DNA of 64,000 bases from an uncultured Acidimicrobiales bacterium (lineage in GTDB: Bacteria > Actinomycetota > Acidimicrobiia > Acidimicrobiales > UBA8190). A program made the position numbers and the translations under genes. The stretch spans positions 59,198-123,197 of the forward strand of contig CAVUBP010000001.1 in assembly GCA_963739765.1 (NCBI GenBank), in the 5' to 3' direction. The notes below the pieces were generated by a model. That model ran no database searches and was not told where the DNA came from. It was given only the letters and a program-made list of their open reading frames with translations. Below, piece after piece: positions 1-10,722 of the stretch; position 1 is the first letter of the stretch, and every line of letters starts with the position of its first letter.

Positions 1-984
1 GAGGCCTCGCTCCGGGTGCTCAAGGCGGGCTGGTCGGGCCTGTACGTCCCGCGCTGTTTCGGTCGGGGTGTGGTGCCGCCCACCTATGCCGGCCTCAACA
101 CCCAGCGCCACCGCTGGTGCTTCGGCGCCATGCAGATCCTCCGGCTCCACTGGCGCAGCCTCATGCCCTGGGACCGCTCACCCGAGAACCATCTCACCAG
201 CAGTCAGCGCCGCGACTACCTGATGGCATCGATGGGATGGTTCCGGGACCTGTTGATGCTCACCTTCGCCCTCTTGCTCCTGGCCATCACCGGGCTCCTG
301 CTGTCGGGCTCCAAATTCGCGCTCACGCCGCTCGGCGGCGACAGGTCGCTCCTGCCCATGTCGCTCATCATCATCGCCACGATCAGCATGATGTGGACCC
401 TTCGCCATTGGACACCGATCTCACGCCGACGATCCGTGCTCGGCCTCGTCATCAGCCTCTCCGCCAGCTTCATCACGGCCATCGCCTGCATCGAGGGCAT
501 GGCCCGACGCGAAGGCGTCTTCCTGCGGACGTCGAAGACCGGCGCCAGTCGTCACCGGGTGCGCAGCGCGTTCCGGTTGAGCCGCTGGGAGACGCTGCTG
601 GCGGTCACCCTCTATGTGTCGGCGGGCCTGCTGGCCGCATCGCAGCACCCGCCGATCCTGTTGATCATCATCATCGCCATTCAGGGCAGCGTCTATGCGT
701 GCTCCCCGATCGCGTCCTTGTGGAACCTGCGGGCCCAGCTGGTGTCGGCACACGAGTACCGGCGCCGTTACGAGGCGCATCGTCTGCGCCTGGCGAACAG
801 CAAGCGGCCCACGTTCCGGGTGATCCGCCCCGTCGCCGCGCTGTTCCTGGCCGCAGTGGTCGGCGTGGGGGCTGCGGCGGTGGCTGCGCCCAACGAGCTC
901 CTGCCCGGCACCCCGGCCGACCACGCGCCGGCGGGAAGCGCGGCATCGGGGACATCGGCGCCGACGCCGACCGGTGTCAGGTAG
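1..984 (+). CDS. Family-2 (GT2) processive glycosyltransferase, cellulose-synthase-like; 5' end lies outside the window
   Basis: Frame 1 is open from base 1 to TAG 982-984. It carries the Q(Q/R)xRW signature QRHRWCFG, then about five hydrophobic helices (LMLTFALLLLAITGLLL, LLPMSLIIIATISMMW, VLGLVISLSASFITAIA, LLAVTLYVSAGLLA, ILLIIIIAIQG) and a Pro/Ala/Ser-rich tail. Confidence 0.8.
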   Translation, partial: EASLRVLKAGWSGLYVPRCFGRGVVPPTYAGLNTQRHRWCFGAMQILRLHWRSLMPWDRSPENHLTSSQRRDYLMASMGWFRDLLMLTFALLLLAITGLLLSGSKFALTPLGGDRSLLPMSLIIIATISMMWTLRHWTPISRRRSVLGLVISLSASFITAIACIEGMARREGVFLRTSKTGASRHRVRSAFRLSRWETLLAVTLYVSAGLLAASQHPPILLIIIIAIQGSVYACSPIASLWNLRAQLVSAHEYRRRYEAHRLRLANSKRPTFRVIRPVAALFLAAVVGVGAAAVAAPNELLPGTPADHAPAGSAASGTSAPTPTGVR

Positions 985-992
985 AGGTGCCC

Positions 993-1778
993 GTGGAACC
1001 GACCCGTACGCCCGTGACCGCCGCCGAGGTGCAGTACTACGTGCTCGCCGACCGCTCGGGCCCCTACCTGCTGGCCCGGGTGCGCTGGCCCGAGGTCGCC
1101 CAGGCCATCACCGCAGGGTGTCGCGAGTGGCAGGACGACCCCGGCCTGTTCGACCTGCCCTACGACCCGGGTAGTGCGCCGGTGACCCTCGGCGAGGGCG
1201 CCGCCATCGCGGCGGGCTGGGGGGTGCTGCTCACCTCCGACACGGCGGTCGGCAGTTCCCTGCCGCCGGTCATCCGGCGCATGCCGGCCAACTGGTCCAA
1301 CCTGGCGCCCGCCGAGAAGCGGGCGTGGTCACTCGAGTACGTCCTGACACGACGGCGCGCCAAGGCGGGGCGCCAGGCCCGCAGCGGACCGGCCGGCGGT
1401 GGCTCCCGGCGCCGTCGCAAGCGGTCGGCGGTGGCAGAGCGGCGACTCCACATCCGGGTGCGCGTCGGTGGACGGGCCGAGATCCGGCTCGATGGCGCCA
1501 CGGCGTCCGCCGACCTCGTCGACATCAGCCGGGGCGGCATGCACTGCGTGGTGCTCGGTTCGAAGGCCGTCGTGGCGGCCGGGACGAGGCTCGACGCGCC
1601 CCTCGTGCTCAGCGCCGACGACACCTGGATCATGCTGGACGTGGGTGGCACCGTCACGTGGCGAAGCGACACCGGGCGTGGCACCCACTTCGGGCTCGCG
1701 TTCGACCAGCTCGACGACGAGCAGTCCGAGAACGTCCAACGTCTTCTGGCGATGTCGGGCGCCCCGCGGAACTCCTGA
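993..1778 (+). CDS. PilZ-domain protein (predicted c-di-GMP receptor) with an unassigned N-terminal region of about 170 aa
   Basis: GTG 993 (alternative GTG 987) lies 5 nt after AGAGG and 8 nt after the GT2 stop. The C-terminal third carries both PilZ motifs, RRLHIR (RxxxR) and DISRGG (D/NxSxxG). Stop is TGA 1776-1778. Confidence 0.7.
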   Translation: MEPTRTPVTAAEVQYYVLADRSGPYLLARVRWPEVAQAITAGCREWQDDPGLFDLPYDPGSAPVTLGEGAAIAAGWGVLLTSDTAVGSSLPPVIRRMPANWSNLAPAEKRAWSLEYVLTRRRAKAGRQARSGPAGGGSRRRRKRSAVAERRLHIRVRVGGRAEIRLDGATASADLVDISRGGMHCVVLGSKAVVAAGTRLDAPLVLSADDTWIMLDVGGTVTWRSDTGRGTHFGLAFDQLDDEQSENVQRLLAMSGAPRNS

Positions 1779-1791
1779 AGGGCCCGATGCC

Positions 1792-2586
1792 ATGAGCGTG
1801 CACTCCACCAACGGACAACAGCGGTCATCGGTGTCGGTCGGGACGCCTCCGGACGCCGCGACCGATCCCGTCGTGACCTTCGACAACGGCGACGCCAGCC
1901 CGCCCACGGCGCACATCGTCACGCCGCGCACGCGGCGACGCGTCGACTACCGCCTGCGGGGTCTCGACCTCGGGGCGCAGAAGAGAAGCGATGCTCCGGT
2001 GCTCCCGGTCCGGACCGACCCCCCCAACCGCCGGCACCGTCGCCGGGTCGCCATGGGATGGGCCGTCGTCGTGATCCTGGCCACGGTGATCGCGCTGGTG
2101 CTGCGGCTGAACGTCGTCGAGCCCTTCGCGGTGCCGTCGGCGGCGATGGCACCGACTATCCAGGCGGGCGACCGCATCGTGGTCGTGAAGTCGCGCTGGC
2201 TGGCGGGCCCCATCGAGCGGGGGAGCATCATCGTCTTCCACCGTCCGCAGCCCTATTCGTGCCGTGCGGGTGCGAGTGGCGAACAGGACCTCGTGCAGCG
2301 CGTGATCGGCATGCCGGGCCAGAGCATCTGGTCGGTGCGCGACACGGTCTACGTCGACGGGCACGCCGTGCACAACCTCCACCTGCCGGGCTCGGGGCCC
2401 GGGACGGCGCGACCGAAGCCGATACCCCTGACCACGGTCCCGGCGGGCGAGTACTTCGTGATGGGGGACAACCCCTCCCAGTCCTGTGACTCCCGTTCCT
2501 TCGGCGCCGTTCCCGCATCGTCGGTCGTGGGCAGGGTCGTGAGCATCTTCCTGCGGGGGGGACACCCCTACGTCCACGTCTTCTGA
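1792..2586 (+). CDS. Signal peptidase I (S26, LepB-like) homologue; catalytic Ser/Lys dyad apparently not conserved
   Basis: ATG 1792 lies 13 nt after the PilZ stop. There is one TM helix (WAVVVILATVIALVL). S26 boxes PSAAMAPTI, GDRIVVVK, RGSIIVF, VQRVIGMPGQ and GDNPSQSCDSR are present. However, Ala sits where the nucleophile Ser is expected and Gln where the general-base Lys is expected. Confidence 0.8.
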   Translation: MSVHSTNGQQRSSVSVGTPPDAATDPVVTFDNGDASPPTAHIVTPRTRRRVDYRLRGLDLGAQKRSDAPVLPVRTDPPNRRHRRRVAMGWAVVVILATVIALVLRLNVVEPFAVPSAAMAPTIQAGDRIVVVKSRWLAGPIERGSIIVFHRPQPYSCRAGASGEQDLVQRVIGMPGQSIWSVRDTVYVDGHAVHNLHLPGSGPGTARPKPIPLTTVPAGEYFVMGDNPSQSCDSRSFGAVPASSVVGRVVSIFLRGGHPYVHVF

Positions 2587-2685
2587 ACCATCGCACCGCC
2601 GGGCCCTGTGCAACGTCTGCAACGTCGCCTGACGGTGGACGCCGACACGGCGCGCCCTGACGGCGCCATCTAGCCTGGAGCCCGA

Positions 2686-3795
2686 GTGGTCCTGGCGCCG
2701 AAGCCCCGCCGGCGTGCGACGCAACGAGCACGACGGCGATCCGGGCACATCCCTGTCATCGTGTGCGGTCTCGTCGCGGTCGCCCTGACCGCCTGCGGGT
2801 CCCCCGCGGCCGAGCGCGGTGTCTCGCTTCTCCCCGACGCCGCCGCCAAGAACACCACCTGGCGGTGGACCCCGGCGTGCCCCCTCGGCCCGCGTACCGC
2901 CCGCGCCTGTGCCCCCTCGGGCCCGAACCTGGGGCCGGCGCAGCTGAACGGCGACGAGTGGAACCTCGGGGACGGCCCGGGCGATGCCGGGGCACTGGAC
3001 ATGTCGGTCGACGCCCGGGGCGCCTTGACCGTGCAGGGGAACCTCCCCAGCGCGCCGCCGTGCACCGATCCCACATGCATCGCGCCGAGCGCCAACACCT
3101 GGGTACGCGGCTACCCGAGCGTGCTGTACGGGATCAACCAATGCTCCGCCCGCACCTCCCCGCCGGTCTCGCCCCGCCTCCGGCTCCCCATGCAGGTCGC
3201 TGCCATCCCCCCCGACCTCATCGGGACGACGGCCTATGCCTCCCACGCGCCGCACGTCACCTACGACATCGCCTACGACATGTGGCTCAGCAACTCCGAC
3301 ACCACGACCCCGTGCAAGAGAGACGGCACGCTCGAGGTCATGGTCTGGACGGACTACGCCGAGCGCGCGCTGCTTCCCGGGAGCGTGCGGGCAGGGACCG
3401 CCAGCGTCCCCTTCACCGTCGACGGGACACTGCACCCCGGCACCGGCGCCTGGGCCGTCTACGCCGACAACGTCTTCGGCAACGGCCACACCCAGCCGTG
3501 GGGCGGCACGGTCTACTTCATCCTGGACAGCGCCGACGTCGTGCGCAGCGGGACCGTGGGCGTCGACCTCAGCACCGTGCTGTCCGAGGTCGGCACGTTG
3601 CTCGAGCACACCTACGGCTGGAGCAACTTCCGCAGCACCTACTGGCTCGACACCGTCCCCTTCGGCATGGAGTTCGGCCCCGAGAGCGCCACGCTGACCG
3701 GCGCCGGGCCGGCGTATTTCACCCTGCGCCTGTCGTCGTACTGCCTCGGGGCGGGGATGACCCTGTCCGAGCCGGCCTGTGCCGGGAGCTCCTAG
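2686..3795 (+). CDS. Glycoside hydrolase family 12 (endo-beta-1,4-glucanase-like) lipoprotein
   Basis: GTG 2686. Lipobox LTAC follows a basic N-terminus. GH12-like blocks are YPSVLYGINQC, YDIAYDMWLS, TLEVMVWTD (nucleophile Glu) and WLDTVPFGMEFG (acid/base Glu). The 369-aa ORF is intact. Confidence 0.7.
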   Translation: MVLAPKPRRRATQRARRRSGHIPVIVCGLVAVALTACGSPAAERGVSLLPDAAAKNTTWRWTPACPLGPRTARACAPSGPNLGPAQLNGDEWNLGDGPGDAGALDMSVDARGALTVQGNLPSAPPCTDPTCIAPSANTWVRGYPSVLYGINQCSARTSPPVSPRLRLPMQVAAIPPDLIGTTAYASHAPHVTYDIAYDMWLSNSDTTTPCKRDGTLEVMVWTDYAERALLPGSVRAGTASVPFTVDGTLHPGTGAWAVYADNVFGNGHTQPWGGTVYFILDSADVVRSGTVGVDLSTVLSEVGTLLEHTYGWSNFRSTYWLDTVPFGMEFGPESATLTGAGPAYFTLRLSSYCLGAGMTLSEPACAGSS

Positions 3796-3801
3796 GGGCG
3801 C

Positions 3802-4642
3802 TCACTCGGTCGCGGCGTGATCGGCGGCCTTCTGGCGCGGGCGCTTCCCCCCGAGTGACGCCATGTAGCTGCGCACGTCGCTGGCACCGGTGCACAGCGC
3901 CACGAGGTCGGTGGACTGCTGGAGGTGCATGCGCATCCCCATCATCTCCCACGCCCGGGTGAGCCCCTGCTTGGTGGCGAGGATGGTGGTGAGCGGCATC
4001 TTGGCGATGGTGGCGGCGATCTCCTCCACGGTCTCCTCCAGATCGGCGCGGGGCACGATCCGGTTGACCATCCCCCAGTCGAGCGCCTGGGTGGCGCTGA
4101 TGGTGGGCGCCAGGAACAGGTACTCGGCGGCGCGCTTGAAGTTCATGAGGACCCACGGCTCGATCATGGTCTGGGCCCCGGGGAGCCCGAAGCCCTGGGG
4201 GAGCGGCATCTGGAAGTAGGCGTCCTCGGAGACGATGGTGAGGTCGGTCAGCAGTCCGTACACCGTGCCTCCCCCGACGCAGTACCCGTGGACCTGGGCG
4301 ATGGTGGCCTTCGGGGAACTCCCACAGTCGCAGGGGCGGCCACAGGAACAGCCCCTGGTGATGACGCCGCCAGGTCCGCTCGGGGGTGGGCCCGGTGGTC
4401 GGGTAGACCTCGGGCATCTCGTCGATGCCCACGATGGCGTGGCCGGCGCAGAAGCCCTCGCCGTTGGCCTTGAGCACGAGCACCTTGACGTCGTCGTCGT
4501 CGTCGGCGAGGACCAGGGCCTCGTCCATGTCCCACACCTGCTGGGCGGTCTGGATGTTGGCCTTGTCGGGAGTGTTGAGGACGATGCGGGCCACCCCCCC
4601 GTCCTTCTCGTAGACGATCGTCTCGAACTCCACTCGCTCCAC
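3802..4642 (-). pseudogene. Enoyl-CoA hydratase/isomerase (crotonase) family; one frameshift as written
   Basis: GTG 4642 is preceded by GGAGGG. The N-part (VEFETIVYEKDGGVARIVLNTPDKAN..GFCAGHA) and the C-part (KATIAQVHGYCVGGGTVYGLLTDL, ORF 3802-4647) lie in different frames. The junction is at GGGG 4313-4316. The span is 841 nt, which is 3n+1. Confidence 0.8.
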
Positions 4643-4700
4643 GTCACCCTCCCGTCGGCTCGGCCTCAGCGCCCCGGTCGTGACCGACGCGGGCCCGACT

Positions 4701-5534
4701 CTACAAACGCCGGGCGCGGAGACTGAAGCTGAGGGGTATCCGGGGGCGACCGGGCGGGAGGACATAGCGCTGATCCCCTTCACGCACGAGCCACGGGAAC
4801 CGGGCGAACGACGTCCAGTCGTGCTCCTCGAGACCCTCGAGGACGAAGCCGTGGTCGACGACGGCGGTGACGATCTCCCCCAGGCTGTGGTTCCAGGAGT
4901 AGTTCCTCTCCGTCGAGGCCGGGTACGTCCCGTCGGTGTAGGTGAGGCCCGAGTCGTCGATGAAGGGCTCGGGCTCCTCGAAGTAGGTGTGCTCGAGAAC
5001 GAGCTCCGCATCGCCGAGCGCGTCGGACAGCGGGTGCACTTCGTGGAGGAAGAGCCGGCCCCCCGGTCGCGCCAACGCGGCGGCGACCGATGCCCACCGG
5101 TCGACGCTGGGAAGCCAGTTCAATGCGCCCAGGCTCACGTAGACGACGTCGAAGGTCCGGTGGTCGAGCGCGTCGACGGCGTCGTAGACGTTGGCGCACA
5201 CGAAGGTCGCCCGGTCCTCGAGCCCGGCCCGCGTGGCCAGCACGCGCGCCTGCTCGATGGCGGGCCCGGAGAAGTCGAGGCCGGTGACCCGCGCCCCGGC
5301 GCGGGCCCAGGCCAAGGTGTCGAGGCCGAAATGGCACTGCAGGTGCACGAGGTCGAGCCCCGTGACGTCGCCCACCGCGGCGGCCTCCTCGGGACGCGGC
5401 CCGCGGCCCTCGCGCAACCACCCCTCCACGTCGTAGAACTCCGACGCCACGTGGATGGGCACCCGCTCGTCCCAACTGGCCCGGTTCTGGGCGAAGGCCG
5501 GGTCGACGCCGTCGTCACCGCCGCTGCCGTCCAC
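4701..5534 (-). CDS. Class I SAM-dependent methyltransferase
   Basis: ORF 4701-5594. The likely start is GTG 5534 (VDGSGGDDGVDPAFAQNRASWDERVPIH); GTG 5594 is an alternative. The SAM-binding region is LDLVHLQCHFGLDTLAWARAGARVTGLDFS, followed by FDVVYVSLGALNWLP. The ORF is intact. Confidence 0.75.
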   Translation of the reverse strand: MDGSGGDDGVDPAFAQNRASWDERVPIHVASEFYDVEGWLREGRGPRPEEAAAVGDVTGLDLVHLQCHFGLDTLAWARAGARVTGLDFSGPAIEQARVLATRAGLEDRATFVCANVYDAVDALDHRTFDVVYVSLGALNWLPSVDRWASVAAALARPGGRLFLHEVHPLSDALGDAELVLEHTYFEEPEPFIDDSGLTYTDGTYPASTERNYSWNHSLGEIVTAVVDHGFVLEGLEEHDWTSFARFPWLVREGDQRYVLPPGRPRIPLSFSLRARRL

Positions 5535-5758
5535 GGCTGGGACTCTACGGCGCCGTTCAAGGCCCGCCCGGCACCGGCCGATACCTCTGGACACCTCAAT
5601 CCGACACCCGGACCCGCCTGAGGCGACACGGGGGCGGGCGTGGGCGGGACCGCCACCGGCACCCGCCCGCGCCGTCCGTGTCGAGCCACCCGCAGCGCCC
5701 CCTCCCCGGGGCCCGGCGCGCCCCGACGCATGTCGTGCTCTCTCGTTAACGTTGGCCT

Positions 5759-6969
<1,211 letters not shown>

Positions 6970-6973
<4 letters not shown>

Positions 6974-7726
6974 CCGGGACCGTCGCCCCCCTGCGGTTCG
7001 GGTCCGACGTCGCCGCCAAGGGCGTCCGCGAACGGAGCTTCGAGGTCACGAGCGGCGAGCGACGCGTCCCCGGGTCTGCTGTGGACCGCGGCCGAGGACG
7101 ACCAGCCCCGTCCCGTGGTCATGCTCGGGCACGGGGCGGCGGGCTCCAAGACAGAGGACTACATCGTGGCGCTGGCCCGCGGCCTGGTGCGCCACCACGG
7201 GCTCAGTGCGGTCGCCATCGACGGGCCCGTGCACGGGGATCGCCGCGCCGACAAGGGTGCGGTGGCGGGCCTCCCTTTCGCCGACTTCGTGCAACGGTGG
7301 TCGTCGGACCCCGGGCTCATCGACGACATGGTGGCCGACTGGGGCGCCACGCTCGACGCCGTGCAGGCGTTGCCCGAGGTGACCCCGGGACCTTGCGGCT
7401 ACTGGGGGCTGTCGATGGGGACGATCTTCGGCCTCCCCACCGTCGCCGCCGAGCCGCGCGTGGTGGTGGCGGTCCTCGGCCTCATGGGGATCGCCGGGCC
7501 CACCCAGGACCGCTTCGCGGCCGATGCCGGCTCGGTGCGGTGCCCACTGCTCTTCCTGGTGCAGTGGCACGACGAGATCTTCCCCCGCGAGCGGGCCTTC
7601 GCCCTGTTCGAGGCCCTCGGCAGCACCGACAAGCGCATGCACGTGAGCCCGGGGATGCACGCCGAGGTCCCGGCCGAGGAATTCGCCGCGAGCGGCGAGC
7701 TCCTGGCCTCACACCTGCTCGACTGA
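6970..7726 (+). pseudogene. Alpha/beta hydrolase (dienelactone-hydrolase-like); one frameshift
   Basis: TTG 6970 overlaps the ACAD stop (AGTTGACC). LRFGSDVAAKGVRERSFEVTSGERRVPG is followed by a shift near 7075 into ORF 7115-7726. The nucleophile elbow GLSMG is present. Confidence 0.65.
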
Positions 7727-8560
7727 CCGAGGGGGGACCCGGCCCGCCAGGCAGCGGGCCATGGCGGCGAAGAACGCCGCCATACCCTCGGGTCCCTCGC
7801 CGGGGCCCAGGGCACCGGCGGTGACGGCCTCGCCGTGGACGGGACGGCCGTGCCCGGGGAACAGGTGCGCCACGTCCAGGCCCCGGAGACGCCCGCGGTG
7901 TCGGCACCGGCGGCATCGTCGACGGTCTCGGGCGTGACCCAGGCCCGGCCCCCCACCGACAGCACGGCGTCTCCCGACAGCAAGGTGCGCGTCCTCGCAT
8001 GCCAGAACGCCATGCTGTCGTCGGTGTGCCCGGGGGTGGCGAGCACCTCCCACTCCGGGGCACCGGGCAAGGTGTCTCCCTCGGCCAGGAACTCGACGGC
8101 ACGCGGCTCCGGCCAGCGCATCCCGGCCGACGTTCCGTACCCGGCGACCCGGGCGCCCCGGGCGCCGCCGATCAACCCCTGGGGGTCGAAGGGTTGGTCG
8201 AAGACCGTCGGCCAGATCTTGGCGATCACCGCCAGGCGCGGCGTCCGAGGTGTCGCCCCCTCCAGGTAGCGGCGGGTGGGCTCGGGGAGGTGCACCGTGG
8301 CGCCGGTCCGGCTCGACAGGGTCGGGGCCCCGCCCACGTGATCGCTGTGCCCGTGGGTGGCGACGATGCCGGCCAACGCCCGGGGATCGAGGCCGAGGCG
8401 GGCCATGACCGGGACGATGTCGTCGCTCAGGCCCGGGAGCCCCGCGTCGACCACCACCGGCCGGCCGCCACCGCCGTCGTGAATGAGGTAGCAGTTGAAG
8501 ATCCGAGCGCGACAACCGGGTCACCCCGACGTCCCCCGTGGTTTCGACGACCAACCCCAT
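7709..8560 (-). pseudogene. MBL-fold metallo-hydrolase; two frameshifts
   Basis: ATG 8560. Blocks are IFNCYLIHDGGGGRPVVVDAG, the HxHxDH motif THGHSDHVGG, LATPGHTDDS, and the C-terminal AHLFPGHGRPVHGE. Frame changes lie near 8505 and 7905. Confidence 0.75.
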
Positions 8561-8682
8561 CGAGCCCAGAACCTACAGGTGCCACGCGTCGGCGGGACTT
8601 CCGGCCCTTGGAACGACGCCGGCCGCGACGCAAGATGGGATTGGAGGATCTTGGTTCGACTCAGCACGAAGGAGGGCGGCCA

Positions 8683-9048
8683 ATGATGCCAGTGATGCAG
8701 CATGCGGGGACCGAGGAATTCAAAGCCGTGACGAGTCCCGAGACGGTGACGAGGCCCGAGACAGGCGGGCCCGACACCCACGAGCCCGACGGTCAGGCCA
8801 GGGTCGAGGCTCGGAAGCACATCGAGAAGCGGCGCGGGCTCCAAGGCGGCTTCGCCGCCTATGTGATCGTCAACGCCTTCCTGGTAGGCGTGTGGGCCCT
8901 GTCCGGCGGCGGCTACTTCTGGCCCGCCTGGGTCATCGCCGCCTGGGGCCTCGGCATGGTCTTCGGGGTCTGGGACTACCTGCGCGGTCCGGTGAGCGAG
9001 GCCGACGTGGACGCCGAGCTCCGCCGGATGGAGTCACGAGGACGCTGA
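8683..9048 (+). CDS. 2TM-domain membrane protein
   Basis: ATG 8683 lies 6 nt after GGAGGG. The C-terminal block KRRGLQGGFAAYVIVNAFLVGVWALSGGGYFWPAWVIAAWGLGMVFGVWDY is the typical 2TM pattern. The ORF is intact. Confidence 0.7.
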   Translation: MMPVMQHAGTEEFKAVTSPETVTRPETGGPDTHEPDGQARVEARKHIEKRRGLQGGFAAYVIVNAFLVGVWALSGGGYFWPAWVIAAWGLGMVFGVWDYLRGPVSEADVDAELRRMESRGR

Positions 9049-10722
9049 CGCACGCGGGGCCCGCTCCCCCACCAGCGCCGTGGCGGCGCGCGCCGCCAGC
9101 GCCACGAGCGTGAGGGTGGGCCCGTAGCCCGCCGAGGTCACGAACACCGACGAGTCGGCCACGACGACGTTCTCGAGCCCGTGCATGCGGCCGAACGCGT
9201 CGACCACCGAGGTCTTCGGGTCGTCTCCCATGCGGGTGGTGCCCATGACGTGGCGGCTCATGGGGATGGCCGACAGCGCGCCCCGTCGGTCCTCGCCCTC
9301 GACCAGCGGCGAGGTGGAGGTCATCGTCCAGGTGGCGCCCATGTCCTCGAGGACGCGCACCAGGCGCGGGGCGTGATGGGCCGAGGCCACGATCTCGTGG
9401 CGGTGGGGCCGGTAGGTGACACGGGCCACGGGGAACCCGCGGACGTCGCGGACGGTGGGGTCGAGGTCCACGCGGTTGGTGAGCTGGGGAAGGTCCTCGC
9501 CCTGCATGGTGAAGGCCCACATGCGGTCGCGCATCGGCGAGGCGCGCATGAGCGACTTGTGCTTCGCCCCCCACGGGTAGATCTTGGCCTCCATCACCGG
9601 CAGGCTGGGCCCGCCGTGCTCGACCAGGCCGCCGCGGATCCACGGCAACCCGGCTTCGGCCGCCGCGGCGCGGGCCGCGTCGTCGACGATCATGGCGTCG
9701 TCGTGCACATGCGTCACCGCCCGGCCCTTGTGGCCGTGGACCCGCTCGGGGAGGATCCCGATGACAAAGGTCTGGAAGTGGACCATGAAGTTCCGGCCCA
9801 CGAGGGGATGGTCGATCCCCGACAACAGCAGCAGGCGCGGCGTCTCGACGGCACCGGCCGGCGATCACGACGTGGCGGGCCTCGATCGCTCCGGTCGCAC
9901 CGTCGGGGCCGATCACCTCGACCCCGGTGGCCCGGCGCCCGTCGGTGACGCAGTCGCGACACGAAGGTCTCCGACAGCAGCTCGGCGTTCCCCGACGCCA
10001 TGGCCCGCAGCAACAGCGCGATCGGGTCGCCCTTGGCGTGGATGGGGCAGCCGAAGAAGGCGCAGAACCCGCAGTTGTTGCACGCCGGGCGCCCGTCGTA
10101 GGGCACCGAGTTCGCGGCGGTGGGCGCCGGCGTAGGGATGCAGGCCCAGACGCCTCGGCGGCCGCGCTCGAGCGCACGCGCCCCGTACATCGGTGCCCCC
10201 GACGGCATGGGGTACGGGCCCGACCGCCACGCCGCCAGAGGGATTGGCCCCCGCCTCGCCGGCCACGCCGATGGAGCGCTCGGCCTCCGCGTAGAACGGC
10301 TCGAGGTCGTCGTAGGACAGCGGCCAGTCGGCCACCTCCGCCCCCTCGACGGGGCCGTGGGTGCTCAGGAGGGCGAAGTCCTCCTCCCGAAAGCGCGGCA
10401 CCTTGCCGTCGGCGTGGGTCCCACCCCCGCCCACCGTCGTCGGGATGGAGTTGACCTCGCCCACGTAGCTGTGGTCTCCCTCCTCCTCGCCGCGCCGGAA
10501 GGTCCGCGGCTCGATGAGGGGGTCGGGACCGAGGAAGTGCCGGTACAGGAACTTGAGCTCGTCGTTGGAGTAGTCCGCCGCCGGCCGCGACAGGTCGTCG
10601 GGGTCGAGGAGGTGGTTGCGGCCCTTCTCGACGATGACCACGGTCCAGCCCGCACGGGTGAGCACGTCGGCCACCGTGGCGCCGCCGGGGCCCGACCCCA
10701 CGATGACGGCGTCGACGGTCAC
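9034..10722 (-). pseudogene. GMC-family FAD oxidoreductase; at least 3 frameshifts
   Basis: GTG 10722 overlaps the upstream stop (GTGA). Blocks are the Rossmann motif DAVIVGSGPGGATVA, NNCGFCAFFGCPIHAKG, GAVETPRLLLLSGIDHP, and the C-part VVADSSVFVTSAGYGPTLTLVALA. Shifts lie near 10205, 9960 and 9850. Confidence 0.8.

Noticed and set aside
1825-3609. A 594-aa ORF on the - strand spanning the S26-like and GH12 genes.
   Set aside because: It is antisense to two well-supported genes. It has extreme Arg/Gly/Pro/Asp composition and no recognisable motif. This is typical shadow-ORF behaviour in DNA with about 70% GC. The same applies to 27688-28893(-), 46991-48400(-), 57519-58739(-) and many others in the track.
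8641-8670. A tRNA-like T-loop string (TTGGTTCGACTC) upstream of the 2TM gene.
   Set aside because: There is no acceptor, D or anticodon stem pairing around it, and it is not the GGTTCGAATCC consensus. No other tRNA-like cloverleaf was seen in the window.
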